Part shown: positions 25,043 to 34,095 of the stretch, piece by piece
Numbering within the stretch: position 1 is the first letter of the stretch
How the letters are laid out: each line of letters opens with the position of its first letter
NCBI GenBank assembly: GCA_903842505.1
Contig: CAIMMI010000351.1
Location: 261 to 64,260, forward strand
Reading direction: 5' to 3'
Length of the DNA stretch: 64,000 nt
DNA from: an uncultured Verrucomicrobiota bacterium
GTDB lineage: Bacteria; Verrucomicrobiota; Verrucomicrobiia; Limisphaerales; UBA9464
Notes under the pieces: generated by a model
Told to the model about the DNA's origin: nothing
The model's database searches: none
What the model saw: the letters and a program-made list of their open reading frames with translations, nothing else
Translations under genes and position numbers: made by a program

Positions 25043-25779
25043 GGGTTACCGCCATCCAATCCAGTCGCCGCGGCCGGGGGTTCACGCTCATCGAGCTGCT
25101 CCTCGCCATCACGATTTCGGCGGTGATCCTGGCGGCGGTGAACGCGGTTTTGTTCGGGGCGTTGCGGCTCCGCAACCGGACGGCCCGGATGTTGGAGGAT
25201 GCGGCGGGACGGCAACAGGCGTTGGGAATCCTGAAGCGGGACCTGGCCGGCCTCGTGGCCCCGGCGGGTGAGACCAATCTGGCAGGAGCGTTGGTGTACG
25301 GCGGCATGACGGGCACGACGGATCCGGCGGGAACCGGGATGCAGATGTTCACGACGACGGGGACGACGACCGACTACGCGACCTGGGGTGAACTCCAGAA
25401 GGTGGCGTATGCGCTGCGCGAACCCACCAACAACACGGCGGCCATCGGCCGGGACCTCTGGCGGGTGGTGACGCGCAACCTGCTTCCGCAGTTGAATGCG
25501 ACTTACGAGGAACAACTGCTGCTGACGGATGTCGACCGGTTCGAGCTTTCGTTCTTCGACGGATACAACTGGCGGACGTCCTGGGGCGGCACGAATGAGA
25601 CGGTGGCCTTGCCCCGGGCGGTCCGGGTCGACCTCGTGGTCGCCGAGACGGATCCTGCTGAACGGTCGCGGGGGACGATGGCGAAACGGACCTTGGTTCC
25701 GTTCCAGTTGATCGTGCCGATCCTGGTGACGCCGTCGACGAACACGACGGACACCGCCACCGACGGAGGTCAGCCGTGA
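25039..25779 (+). CDS. gspJ: Minor pseudopilin, GspJ-like
   Basis: ATG 25039 (ATGA overlap with gspI) gives MRVTAIQSSRRGRGFTLIELLLAITISAVILAAV. Length is 246 aa. Confidence 0.65.
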   Translation: MRVTAIQSSRRGRGFTLIELLLAITISAVILAAVNAVLFGALRLRNRTARMLEDAAGRQQALGILKRDLAGLVAPAGETNLAGALVYGGMTGTTDPAGTGMQMFTTTGTTTDYATWGELQKVAYALREPTNNTAAIGRDLWRVVTRNLLPQLNATYEEQLLLTDVDRFELSFFDGYNWRTSWGGTNETVALPRAVRVDLVVAETDPAERSRGTMAKRTLVPFQLIVPILVTPSTNTTDTATDGGQP

Positions 25780-27161
25780 AGATCCCGCAGCCCCTGTCGC
25801 GGTCAGCGAGCCGCGGATCGACGCTCGTGATCGTGCTCTGGGTCGCGCTCGGGTTGGTGAGCCTGGCCCTGTATTTCGGGCATTCGACCGCGTTGGAACT
25901 GCGGTCGGCTGATCATCGGGCCGCCGCGATCGAGGCGGAGCAGGCCATCGCGGGTGCGGCCCGGTTCGCCTGTTACGTGGTGACCAACCTCACCACTCCG
26001 GGAGTCATCACCGACCTGGAGGTCGCGCCGACCTACCGGTACGTGGCCGAGGCGGTTCCCGTGGGCGATGCGAAGTTCTGGTTCATTGGCCGGGATGCCA
26101 ATCGGCAGACGACGGGCATGGGTTCGGCCGATCCGCTGTTGTTCAAGCTGGTGGATGAATCGTCGAAGCTGAACCTGAACACGGCGACGGTCGAGATGCT
26201 GTCGTTGCTCCCACGGATGACCCCGGAGTTGGCCGCGGCGATCGTGGACTGGCGCGATACCAACGAGGAGGTCAGCGACGGCGGAGCGGAGGAGGAGACG
26301 TACGCGCGGTTCAATCCGCCTTACCGCTGCAAGAACGCGCCGTTCGAGTCGGTCGACGAACTCCGGATGGTGGCCGGGATGACGATGTTGATCCTGGCGG
26401 GCGAGGACACGAACCGGAACGGGATCCTGGACCCGAACGAGGATGACCTCGACACCAGCGCGCCGTGGGACAACCGGGATGGCCGGATTGATCCGGGTCT
26501 GCTGGAGTACGTCACGGTTTACTCGAAGGAATCGCAGGTCCGGGCGGACGGGACGGCGAAGATCTCGATCGGGGCCCAAGGACGGCAGGAGCTGGCGACC
26601 CTGCTTTCGGAGAAGTTCAGCGCATCCCGCGGGAACGAGATCCTCGGGGCGTTGGGCAACCCCAACCAGGCGCCGGCAAGTCTTCTGGAATTTTTCGTCC
26701 GGAGCCGGATGACGATCGACGAATTTGTGCAGATCGAAGGGGAATTGACGGCGGCGACGACGCAGCAGCCGGCGACCGGCCTGGTGAACGTCAATTCGGC
26801 CACGGAAGCCTTGCTGGCGTGCATTCCGGGCATCGGCACCGACATGGCGCCGAACCTGGTTTCGTACCGCCGCTCGAATCCGAACCGGCTCAATACGGTG
26901 GCCTGGGTTTCGGAAGTGCTCGAAAGGGATCGGGCCGTGCAAGCTGGGCGTTACCTAACCGGGAGGTCAGCGGTCTACACCGCGGATGTCGCCGGTGTCG
27001 GGCACCTGGGACGGGGTTATCGCCGCGTCCGGTTCGTGATCGACAGCTCGGAGGGCGGTGCCCGGATCGTGCATCGGCAGGACCTGACCCATCTGGGATG
27101 GGCCCTGGGACGGCAGGTGTGGCAGCAACAGGAACAGTTGGTCAGCAGGAACATGCGATGA
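25776..27161 (+). CDS. gspK: Minor pseudopilin GspK-like
   Basis: SRGSTLVIVLWVALGLVSLAL is an N-terminal helix lacking Glu5. There are two helix-hairpin-helix-like segments (LNLNTATVEMLSLLPRMTPELAAAIVDWR and VNVNSATEALLACIPGIGTDMAPNLVSYR). The GTG start overlaps the gspJ stop. Confidence 0.7.
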   Translation: MKIPQPLSRSASRGSTLVIVLWVALGLVSLALYFGHSTALELRSADHRAAAIEAEQAIAGAARFACYVVTNLTTPGVITDLEVAPTYRYVAEAVPVGDAKFWFIGRDANRQTTGMGSADPLLFKLVDESSKLNLNTATVEMLSLLPRMTPELAAAIVDWRDTNEEVSDGGAEEETYARFNPPYRCKNAPFESVDELRMVAGMTMLILAGEDTNRNGILDPNEDDLDTSAPWDNRDGRIDPGLLEYVTVYSKESQVRADGTAKISIGAQGRQELATLLSEKFSASRGNEILGALGNPNQAPASLLEFFVRSRMTIDEFVQIEGELTAATTQQPATGLVNVNSATEALLACIPGIGTDMAPNLVSYRRSNPNRLNTVAWVSEVLERDRAVQAGRYLTGRSAVYTADVAGVGHLGRGYRRVRFVIDSSEGGARIVHRQDLTHLGWALGRQVWQQQEQLVSRNMR

Positions 27162-28600
27162 TCGAACGGCTCAAGAGCTCGCGCAAGCCAGCGGTCCTTG
27201 GCCTCGTCCCGGAAGGGTCGAAGGTCGAGGTCGTTCCCGTGCGCCGTACCAACGGGTCGGCGGAGGCGGGAGCCCCGGTCGTGATCGACCTGGGAGGTGA
27301 CCTCGTCGGCGACGACATCCTGCTTCTGGCGAAACGGCTGCGCGAAGGGCTCGATGCCGCGGGAATCCGCGAGCGTCGGGTGGCGGTGGCGCTGCCCCCG
27401 GGGTGGATCTTCGCGATTTCGACGCCGCTTCCTGATCTTCCGCCGGAGGACCTGGAAAGCTTCCTCGAGTTGGAGGCCGAGCGCGGCTTCCCCTACGGAC
27501 CCGACCAGCTTTCGATCGCCCGTTCGGACTGGGCGTCGCCCGACGGCGTGGCGAACACGTCGATGGTGGCGGTTCCGCGCGAGAACATCGTCCGCCTGGA
27601 GCAGATCCTGAAGCTGGCGCGGCTCCAGCCGGTATCCTTCGCTCCGGCGCTTCCCGAGATGCTGCACTGTGCGGCCGGGCCCGCGGGCCCGCGGGTGGAC
27701 CTGCTGGCGGTCGGTGCCGAGGTCGGGCTCACGGTGGCGGATGGAGAAGGATTGATCGTCCATCGCGCCCTGGAAGGAGTGGTGGCGGTCGAAGGCGGAG
27801 TGAGCCGGGTCGTGCCCGAGCTTCTGGCCCGCGAACTCCGGGTCACGCTCGGTCAATTGCCCGCCGGAGTGCGGGACGCGCTGAAGTCGATCCGCGTGCT
27901 CGGCACGGGGCCGTTGGCGGATGAACTGGCGACGGCCGTTCAGGCGCGGGCCGGGAATCTGCGGTTGGGCGTGGAACGGATCGATCGGCTGGTGCCGGGG
28001 CAACCGGCGGTGCCGAAGATGACGCCGGGCATTGCGCTGAGTCCGGCCCTGGCGATCGCGGCCCGATTCGTCTCCGGAGAGCCGGCTTCGTTCGAGTTCC
28101 TGCCCCCGAAGGTTTCGGCCTTCCAGCAGTTCTCCTCGCGGTATTCGTCCGGCCGCCTGGCGCATGTCGGAATGGTGGCGGGTGCGGTGGCGGCGTTGGT
28201 GCTCCTCGCGTTCCTCGTGCAACAGGTCCGGTTGGTGACGTTGCGGTCGGAGTGGGACTCGATGGCGAAGACGGTCCGCGAGGTCGAGGAGACTCAGGCG
28301 CAATTGAAGAAGTTCCGGCCGTGGTTCGATGAGTCCGTCCGGAGTCTCCTGGTGATGAAGACGCTGACCGAAGCCTTCCCGGAGGATGGGGCGGTAACGG
28401 CGAAGAACGTCGAGATCCGGGACGTGGGCGTCGTGGTCTGTCAGGGAACGGCGCGGGACAGCACGGCGCTGTTGCGGACGCTGGACAAACTGCGGGCCTC
28501 CCGGGAGGTCACCGAAGTCCAGGTCGATCAGTTGCGGGGGAAGTCCCCCCTCCAGTTCACCTTCAATTTCCGTTGGGATGCCTCCGGCCGACAGCCATGA
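27158..28600 (+). CDS. GspL-like assembly protein (PilM-like cytoplasmic domain + TM + PilN-like periplasmic domain)
   Basis: ATG 27158 (ATGA overlap with gspK). The PilM-like stretch is VAVALPPGWIFAISTPLPDLPPEDLESFLELEAERGFPYG. There is a single TM, VGMVAGAVAALVLLAFLV, followed by a coiled periplasmic tail. Confidence 0.5.
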   Translation: MIERLKSSRKPAVLGLVPEGSKVEVVPVRRTNGSAEAGAPVVIDLGGDLVGDDILLLAKRLREGLDAAGIRERRVAVALPPGWIFAISTPLPDLPPEDLESFLELEAERGFPYGPDQLSIARSDWASPDGVANTSMVAVPRENIVRLEQILKLARLQPVSFAPALPEMLHCAAGPAGPRVDLLAVGAEVGLTVADGEGLIVHRALEGVVAVEGGVSRVVPELLARELRVTLGQLPAGVRDALKSIRVLGTGPLADELATAVQARAGNLRLGVERIDRLVPGQPAVPKMTPGIALSPALAIAARFVSGEPASFEFLPPKVSAFQQFSSRYSSGRLAHVGMVAGAVAALVLLAFLVQQVRLVTLRSEWDSMAKTVREVEETQAQLKKFRPWFDESVRSLLVMKTLTEAFPEDGAVTAKNVEIRDVGVVVCQGTARDSTALLRTLDKLRASREVTEVQVDQLRGKSPLQFTFNFRWDASGRQP

Positions 28601-29139
28601 ACCTCGATCCAGAAAAACGTCAGAAGCTGCTGGTGGTCCTCGCCCTGACCGGCGTGGGGCTGCTGGCTGGCGACCGGTTGGTGGTCAGCCCGCTCATCAA
28701 GAGCTGGACGGCCCGCTCCGAGAACATCGCGCAGCTCCAGAAGGACATCGCCAAGGGCCAGCAGTTGCTCGAACGCCGGGACACGGTCCGGTCGCGCTGG
28801 CAGGAGATGCGGACCAACGCCCTGCCCTCCGAGGTCTCAGCCGCCGAAGGCCGCGTCCTGGAAGCCTTCGACCGGTGGTCGCGCGCGGCCAGCGTGAACA
28901 TCACGTCGGTGAAGCCGCAGTGGAAGCAGTCGGATGAGGGCTACATGACGTTCGAGTGCCACGTGGATGCCGCCGGGAGCCTGAGCACCGTGACGCGGTT
29001 CCTCCACGAGGTGGAACGTGACCGGATGGCCATCCGCGTGGAGACCGTTGAACTCGCGGCCCGGGATGCCGACGCCTCCCAGATTTCGGTCGGCCTCCAG
29101 GTGAGCGGCCTCCTCCTCAACCCACCCGCCCAGCGATGA
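28597..29139 (+). CDS. GspM/PilO-like bitopic protein
   Basis: ATG 28597 (ATGA overlap). The TM is KLLVVLALTGVGLLAG, followed by a coiled coil and an alpha/beta C-domain. Position and size fit GspM/PilO. Confidence 0.45.
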   Translation: MNLDPEKRQKLLVVLALTGVGLLAGDRLVVSPLIKSWTARSENIAQLQKDIAKGQQLLERRDTVRSRWQEMRTNALPSEVSAAEGRVLEAFDRWSRAASVNITSVKPQWKQSDEGYMTFECHVDAAGSLSTVTRFLHEVERDRMAIRVETVELAARDADASQISVGLQVSGLLLNPPAQR

Positions 29140-30137
29140 ACCCGACATCCGAAAACCCTTTTGCCGAGGTTCGCCCGGGCCGTATCACCCACGTCCGGTT
29201 CGACGCGGTCCTGCTCTCTTGCCTGCTGGCGTTGGGTGGACTGGGGCATGCCATGGCCCAGACTCCGGACGGGCCACGGGCCGAGGTTCCGGCCGTCGTC
29301 GAGGCCGTGGCCACCGCCTCGGCTGCGGCTGCCGGGGGCGAGGCCGCGTCCGGTCCAGACGAGGCGCAGGCGCCCGACGAGGATTCTGGCTCGGGGGATG
29401 TGCCCGCGAACGCGCAGGCGGACGCCGCCGACGTCGTCGCCGGCGGGACGAATTCACCCGCAGGGTCGACCAATTCTCCGTCGGGCCCGCCTTCCTCCCG
29501 GCGCGAGGGAAGGTCCCGCGAGCGCGGGTCGCGGGATTGGCGGAGTTCTTTCGGCTCGGCTTCGCGATCGAAGTCGGGCGGTACGAACGCCGCCCCCGAG
29601 ATCCCGAAGACGGACTACGCGTACTTCAAGGTCGTCAACGACCGGAACATCTTCAACCCGGCCCGCCAACCGAACCGGCCGGACCGACCGGCGTCCCGCG
29701 AGGTCAAGCGAACGCCCAAGGTGGATGCGTTCTCGCTGGTGGGGACGCTGCGCTACGAAAAGGGCGACATGGCCTTCTTTGACGGTTCGAGCCCGGACTA
29801 TCGCAAGGCCCACAAGGCCGGCGACACGATTGCCGGGTACAAGGTCCTGTCGATTACGGATGCGGCGGTCCGCATCGAGGCGCAGGGCAAGGTCACGGAG
29901 TTGAAGATCGGCTCGCAGATGCGTCGGGAGGACGAAGGTGAATGGGTGTTCGCCGAGGGTCCTTACGCGGGCGGTAGCGGTGGCTCCAGTGGCTCGGGTG
30001 GCTCGACGTCGTCGGGCTCGGGTGAATCCTCCACGGCTTCTGCTTCGACCGGCAGCAGCAGTGGTGGTGGCGGTGCGGATGAAATTTTGAAGAGGCTTCT
30101 GCAGAAGCGCGAACAGGAGATGAAAAATGAGAAGTAA
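29136..30137 (+). CDS. Periplasmic PilP/GspC-like protein with long low-complexity linker (tentative)
   Basis: ATGA overlap with the previous gene. It has an N-terminal anchor, an Ala/Ser/Gly/Pro/Arg-rich linker, then a beta-rich domain KVDAFSLVGTLRYEKGDMAFFDGS...GDTIAGYKVLSITDAAVRIEAQGKVTELKIG of the kind that contacts secretin N0. The C-terminal tail is Gly/Ser-rich. Confidence 0.35.
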   Translation: MNPTSENPFAEVRPGRITHVRFDAVLLSCLLALGGLGHAMAQTPDGPRAEVPAVVEAVATASAAAAGGEAASGPDEAQAPDEDSGSGDVPANAQADAADVVAGGTNSPAGSTNSPSGPPSSRREGRSRERGSRDWRSSFGSASRSKSGGTNAAPEIPKTDYAYFKVVNDRNIFNPARQPNRPDRPASREVKRTPKVDAFSLVGTLRYEKGDMAFFDGSSPDYRKAHKAGDTIAGYKVLSITDAAVRIEAQGKVTELKIGSQMRREDEGEWVFAEGPYAGGSGGSSGSGGSTSSGSGESSTASASTGSSSGGGGADEILKRLLQKREQEMKNEK

Positions 30138-31755
30138 CACGATTCCTTCGATCGTTCTCGCCCTCGTGATGACGGGGGCGGTGCAGGGTCGAGGCCAGGC
30201 CCAGGACGCGACTTCTGCTGCCAAACCGGCGGAGAAGGCTGCCGAACTTCCCGCGGTGGCGCCGACGCCGGCACCCACTCCGGCGGTGAAGGAATCGGAG
30301 AAAGCCCCGCTGCCACCCGAGACACCGCCGCCGGTGGTGCCGGAGGGCATGCTGATGCTGAACTTCCGCGGTGCCCCTCTGGAGACCGTGCTCAACTACC
30401 TGAGCGAGGCCGCGGGATACATCATTGTCGCGGAGACGGAAGTACGGGGGAAGCTGGACGTCATCGCGAAGCAGCCGGTGACGAAGGAAGAAGCCTTCAC
30501 GATCCTGGAGTCCGCCTTGTCTCGGAATGGCTATACCGCCCTCCGCAACGGCCGGACGCTGACGATCGTCAGCAAGGACGGCGCCCGGAAGCGCGACATC
30601 CCGGTCAAGAGCGGCAATGACCCGGAGGCGATCCCCAAGGACGAGCAGATGGTCACCCAGATCATCCCGGTCCGGTTCATCAGCGCCACCCAGTTGACCA
30701 CCGACCTGCAGCCGCTGTTGCCGTCGGAGGCGACGATGACGGCGAATGACGCCGGCAACGCGCTGGTCATCACGGACACGCAGGCCTCCATCCGGCGCCT
30801 GACGGAGATCATCCGAGCGCTCGACACCTCCCTTGCGGGAGCGAATTCGGTGAAGGTCTATCCACTGCGCTTCGCCGATGCGAAGGAACTCGCGGCCGTG
30901 ATCAAGGAGCTGTATCCGGCGCAGGATTCGCGTTCGTCCGCGACGGCCGGTGGTGGCAATCGGGGTGGATTCGGTGGCGGTGGATTTCCGGGCGGAGGTG
31001 GATTCCCGGGTGGCTTTGGTGGCAACCGGGGTGGTGCCACCGCTTCGAGCGGTTCGGGCAATCGCGCGGCAGCTTCGAAGGTGGTCGCCGTGGCGGATGA
31101 GCACAGCAATTCCATCATCGTCAATGCGCCCGAGGATGCGATCCCGGCGATCGAGGAGTTGATCCGTTCCGTGGATACCAATGTCCAGGATGTGACGGAA
31201 CTGCGGGTGTTCAAGCTCCAGTATGCGGACCCGGTGGAGATGTCGGAGGTGTTGGCGGGATTGTTCCCGGACGAGACGAAGACGTCGGGCAATCAGGGAA
31301 ACCAACGTTTTGGCGGTGGTTTCGGGATGTTCGGTGGCGGCGGTCGCACGACGACGGCGAACACCAGCAGCGATCGCGCGAAGAAGAAGGGCAAGGTGAT
31401 CACCGTGCCTGATCAACGCACGAGTTCGATCATCGTCAGTGCCGATCGCGAGATGATGGATCAGATCGGCGAGATGGTGAAGCAGTTGGACTCGAACCCG
31501 GCGCGGAAGCAGAAGGTTTACGTCTACGATCTCCAGAACGCCGATCCGCAACAGGTGCAGGAGGTGTTGCGTGGCTTGTTCGAGAGCCAGAACACCCAGA
31601 ACCGGTCGACGCAGAACCGGAACCAGAACAGCGCTTTGACGACGCGCTCGACGCAACAGCAGCAGCAGAACAACAACCGCAATACCGGCTCCGGCTTCGG
31701 CGGGGGCAACAACGGTGGCGGCGGTGGTGCCGCCGGTGGCGGATTCGGCCGCTGA
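30127..31755 (+). CDS. gspD: Secretin, N-terminal part only (signal peptide, N0, three complete N domains, first half of a fourth)
   Basis: The N0 domain is LMLNFRGAPLETVLNYLSEAAGYIIV...LTIVSKD. The repeated N domains are VTQIIPVRFISATQL..., VKVYPLRFADAKEL...SIIVNAPEDAIPAIEELIRSVD and LRVFKLQYADPVEM...SIIVSADREMMDQIGEMVKQLD. It ends KVYVYDLQNADPQQVQEVLRGLFES plus a Q/N/G-rich tail. There is no pore domain. Confidence 0.8.
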   Translation: MRSNTIPSIVLALVMTGAVQGRGQAQDATSAAKPAEKAAELPAVAPTPAPTPAVKESEKAPLPPETPPPVVPEGMLMLNFRGAPLETVLNYLSEAAGYIIVAETEVRGKLDVIAKQPVTKEEAFTILESALSRNGYTALRNGRTLTIVSKDGARKRDIPVKSGNDPEAIPKDEQMVTQIIPVRFISATQLTTDLQPLLPSEATMTANDAGNALVITDTQASIRRLTEIIRALDTSLAGANSVKVYPLRFADAKELAAVIKELYPAQDSRSSATAGGGNRGGFGGGGFPGGGGFPGGFGGNRGGATASSGSGNRAAASKVVAVADEHSNSIIVNAPEDAIPAIEELIRSVDTNVQDVTELRVFKLQYADPVEMSEVLAGLFPDETKTSGNQGNQRFGGGFGMFGGGGRTTTANTSSDRAKKKGKVITVPDQRTSSIIVSADREMMDQIGEMVKQLDSNPARKQKVYVYDLQNADPQQVQEVLRGLFESQNTQNRSTQNRNQNSALTTRSTQQQQQNNNRNTGSGFGGGNNGGGGGAAGGGFGR

Positions 31756-31783
31756 TCTTCAAAAACCTTTCACGGAATCGACG

Positions 31784-33031
31784 ATGAAATCCCATTCCTT
31801 TCCCACCCAGGCCCTCGGCGCAGGCCTCGCGATGGTCCTGGCCGTATCCGCCTTCGCCCAGTTCCAGGGCGGCGGCGGCAACACCGGCCGTCGGACAGCC
31901 ACGGGCGGCGGCGGTGGCGGCGGCTCGACCCGCGAGTACCCGAACAACACCCAGGTGGGTGATGCCACCATCTCCTACGATCCCGAGACCCGGAAGATCA
32001 TCGTCATCACCGACGAGGAGACGAACATCCAGATCAAGGACGTCATCACCAGCCTCGACAACCCGCGTCCGCAGGTGCTGATCAAGGTCGTATTCCTGGA
32101 GGTGACCCATAACAACAGCTCCGACATCGGCGTCGAGGGCGGCTACGTGCGGCAGTTGGGCAACACGGGACAAGGCTCCGTCGCCAACGCATTTGGAGCC
32201 TCGGCGATCAGCAGTTCCGCAACGTCGGCCGTTCCCAATGTGCTGGGTCAGAATGTCCAGAACATGCTCCCGACGCCTCCCGGCGCGGGGCTGTACCAAG
32301 TGTTGGGCTCGGACTTCCAGGCCACGCTCCGGGCCATCGCCCAGGCGGGCAAGGCGGAGATCCTGTCCCGCCCGTCGATCCTGGCCCGCAACAACCAACC
32401 GGCGACCATCTCGCTCGGTCAGCAGGTGCCGCTCGTTTCCAACACCCGCTTCGACACCATCAACGGTCAGATCAACACCGTCACTTACCAGAACGTCGGC
32501 ATCATCCTTCGTGTGACGCCGTTCATCACGCCGGATGGCATGGTGGAGATGATCGTTGCGCCAGAGACCTCCTCGCTGGCGGATCGTTCCAGCTGGGTGC
32601 CGATCTCCAAGGACGCCCTCGCACCCGTCGTGAACTCACGCCTCGCGGATACCGTGGTGGTCGTGCCCGATGGCCAGACGGTCGTCATCGGCGGTCTGAT
32701 GCAGACCCAGATCACCGAGTCCGAAAGCAAGATCCCGCTGCTCGGTGATATCCCGTACCTGGGAAATGCCTTCAAACGGAAGATCAAGCAGAACCAGAAG
32801 ACCGAGCTGATGATCTTCCTGACGCCGGTGGTGATCCCGGCCCCGGGCGCACTCGCCGGTCTGACTGCCGACGAACGGGCGAAGACCACCCTCAAGCCCA
32901 AGTCGATCCCGCAGAGCGAGCTCGACTCCCTCATCGACACGCTCCCCGTGAAGCCCGAGGTCCCCGTCCAGCCGTTGTCGACCGGCCCCGAGCCCACCGC
33001 CAAGGACAAGAAGAAGAAGTCGGGGAAGTAG
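31784..33031 (+). CDS. gspD: Secretin, C-terminal part (own signal peptide, half N domain, secretin pore domain)
   Basis: ATG 31784 gives MKSHSFPTQALGAGLAMVLAVSAFA-Q, then ATISYDPETRKIIVITDEETNIQIKDVITSLD. The secretin core is VLIKVVFLEV...AEILSRPSILARNNQPATISLGQQVP...IPLLGDIPYLGNAFK...ELMIFLTPVVI. Confidence 0.8.
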   Translation: MKSHSFPTQALGAGLAMVLAVSAFAQFQGGGGNTGRRTATGGGGGGGSTREYPNNTQVGDATISYDPETRKIIVITDEETNIQIKDVITSLDNPRPQVLIKVVFLEVTHNNSSDIGVEGGYVRQLGNTGQGSVANAFGASAISSSATSAVPNVLGQNVQNMLPTPPGAGLYQVLGSDFQATLRAIAQAGKAEILSRPSILARNNQPATISLGQQVPLVSNTRFDTINGQINTVTYQNVGIILRVTPFITPDGMVEMIVAPETSSLADRSSWVPISKDALAPVVNSRLADTVVVVPDGQTVVIGGLMQTQITESESKIPLLGDIPYLGNAFKRKIKQNQKTELMIFLTPVVIPAPGALAGLTADERAKTTLKPKSIPQSELDSLIDTLPVKPEVPVQPLSTGPEPTAKDKKKKSGK

Positions 33032-33038
33032 GACGGAA

Positions 33039-33200
33039 GGGGAGTTTCCAGTTGCCAGATACCAGTTCCCAGTGACTGGCAACTCCTCCCAACGCCTCCG
33101 GCGTACCTGACCGTTCTGGTAACTGGCGACTGGGAACTCCCCCTAAGTCCCGCCTCGTGACCTCGTCGGCTACGGGGTAGGAGACGACGTCAGGAGGCTC
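33039..33200. repeat. Family A' element (GGGGAGTTTCCAGTTGCCAG ... CTGGGAACTCCCCC) followed by a family C copy
   Basis: 33039-33143 has GGGGAGTT / AACTCCCC ends and CCAGTT/ACTGG words. 33149-33200 (cccgcctcgtgacctcgtcggctacggggtaggagacgacgtcaggaggctc) matches the reverse complement of 5341-5400. Confidence 0.75.
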
Positions 33201-33213
33201 GCAACCGGCCCCC

Positions 33214-34071
33214 TCACACCACCTTCACGGTGCTTTCGAGGGTGCCGATCCCGGAGATGCGGATGCGCACGACGTCGCCTTCCGCGAGGGTGAATTCATT
33301 GGCGGGTACGACGCCGGTGCCGGTCAGGAGGATGGCGCCTTCCGGGAAGTCCTGGCTGCGGGCGAGCCATCCGGCGAGTTCCGGGAAGCTGCGCTTGATC
33401 TGTCCAACGGACGTCTCTCCCGCGAACACCTCCGCACCACCGCGGAGGATCTGCACCCCGATGGTCCAGGAGCGGGCTTCGGTTTCGTCAGCCGCCACGC
33501 GGATGCACGGGCCGAGCGCGCAGGACGCGCGATACATCTTGGCCTGGGGCAGGTAGAGCAGGTTCTCGCCCTCGATGTCGCGGGAGGACATGTCATTGCC
33601 GGCCGTGAAGCCGACCAGTTCCATCCGGGAGTTGAAGACCAACGCCAGTTCAGGCTCGGGCACGTTCCATCGCGCGTCTTCGCGGATGCCAACGATTCCG
33701 CCGGGACCGGTGACCTTCGAGGGCATCGACTTGAAGAACAGCTCGGGCCGCGGTGCTTCGTACACGCGGTCGTAGGCCGAGGCACTGAAGTCGGATTCCT
33801 CCATGCGCGCCTTCTTGCTGCGCAGGTAGGTCACACCTGCCGCCCAGACTTCCTGTTGATCGACTGGCGCGAGGAGCTTCACCGACGCCAACGGATGCAC
33901 CGGGAGCGGCGCAGCCGCCAAGGCCTGGAGCACGCCAACGAGGTTCGGGGACTCGAGCAGGGCCGCAAGGGAAGCAACGCCTGCTCCCGAAAGATCCTGC
34001 ACGGAATCGGCCCCAAGGATGCCGGCGCGCGGGGTGCAATCGGTACCAACAGAAAAACGGACGAGTTTCAT
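33214..34071 (-). CDS. Fumarylacetoacetate hydrolase (FAH) family protein
   Basis: 285 aa with an FAH-fold C-terminal domain: PEPELALV...GFTAGNDMSSRD...AKMYRASCALGP...PEGAILLTGTGVVP. Confidence 0.7.
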   Translation of the reverse strand: MKLVRFSVGTDCTPRAGILGADSVQDLSGAGVASLAALLESPNLVGVLQALAAAPLPVHPLASVKLLAPVDQQEVWAAGVTYLRSKKARMEESDFSASAYDRVYEAPRPELFFKSMPSKVTGPGGIVGIREDARWNVPEPELALVFNSRMELVGFTAGNDMSSRDIEGENLLYLPQAKMYRASCALGPCIRVAADETEARSWTIGVQILRGGAEVFAGETSVGQIKRSFPELAGWLARSQDFPEGAILLTGTGVVPANEFTLAEGDVVRIRISGIGTLESTVKVV

Positions 34072-34095
34072 GGGGAAAGGCTAGTCGGCTGCGGT

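Noticed and set aside
31715-31783. Upstream extension of the second secretin ORF (track start 31715), or simple read-through joining the two secretin halves.
   Set aside because: The extension overlaps the first ORF in another frame and has no start-like context. ATG 31784 yields a proper signal peptide. A sequencing frameshift remains a formal alternative and is listed as the refutation test for the split-secretin finding.
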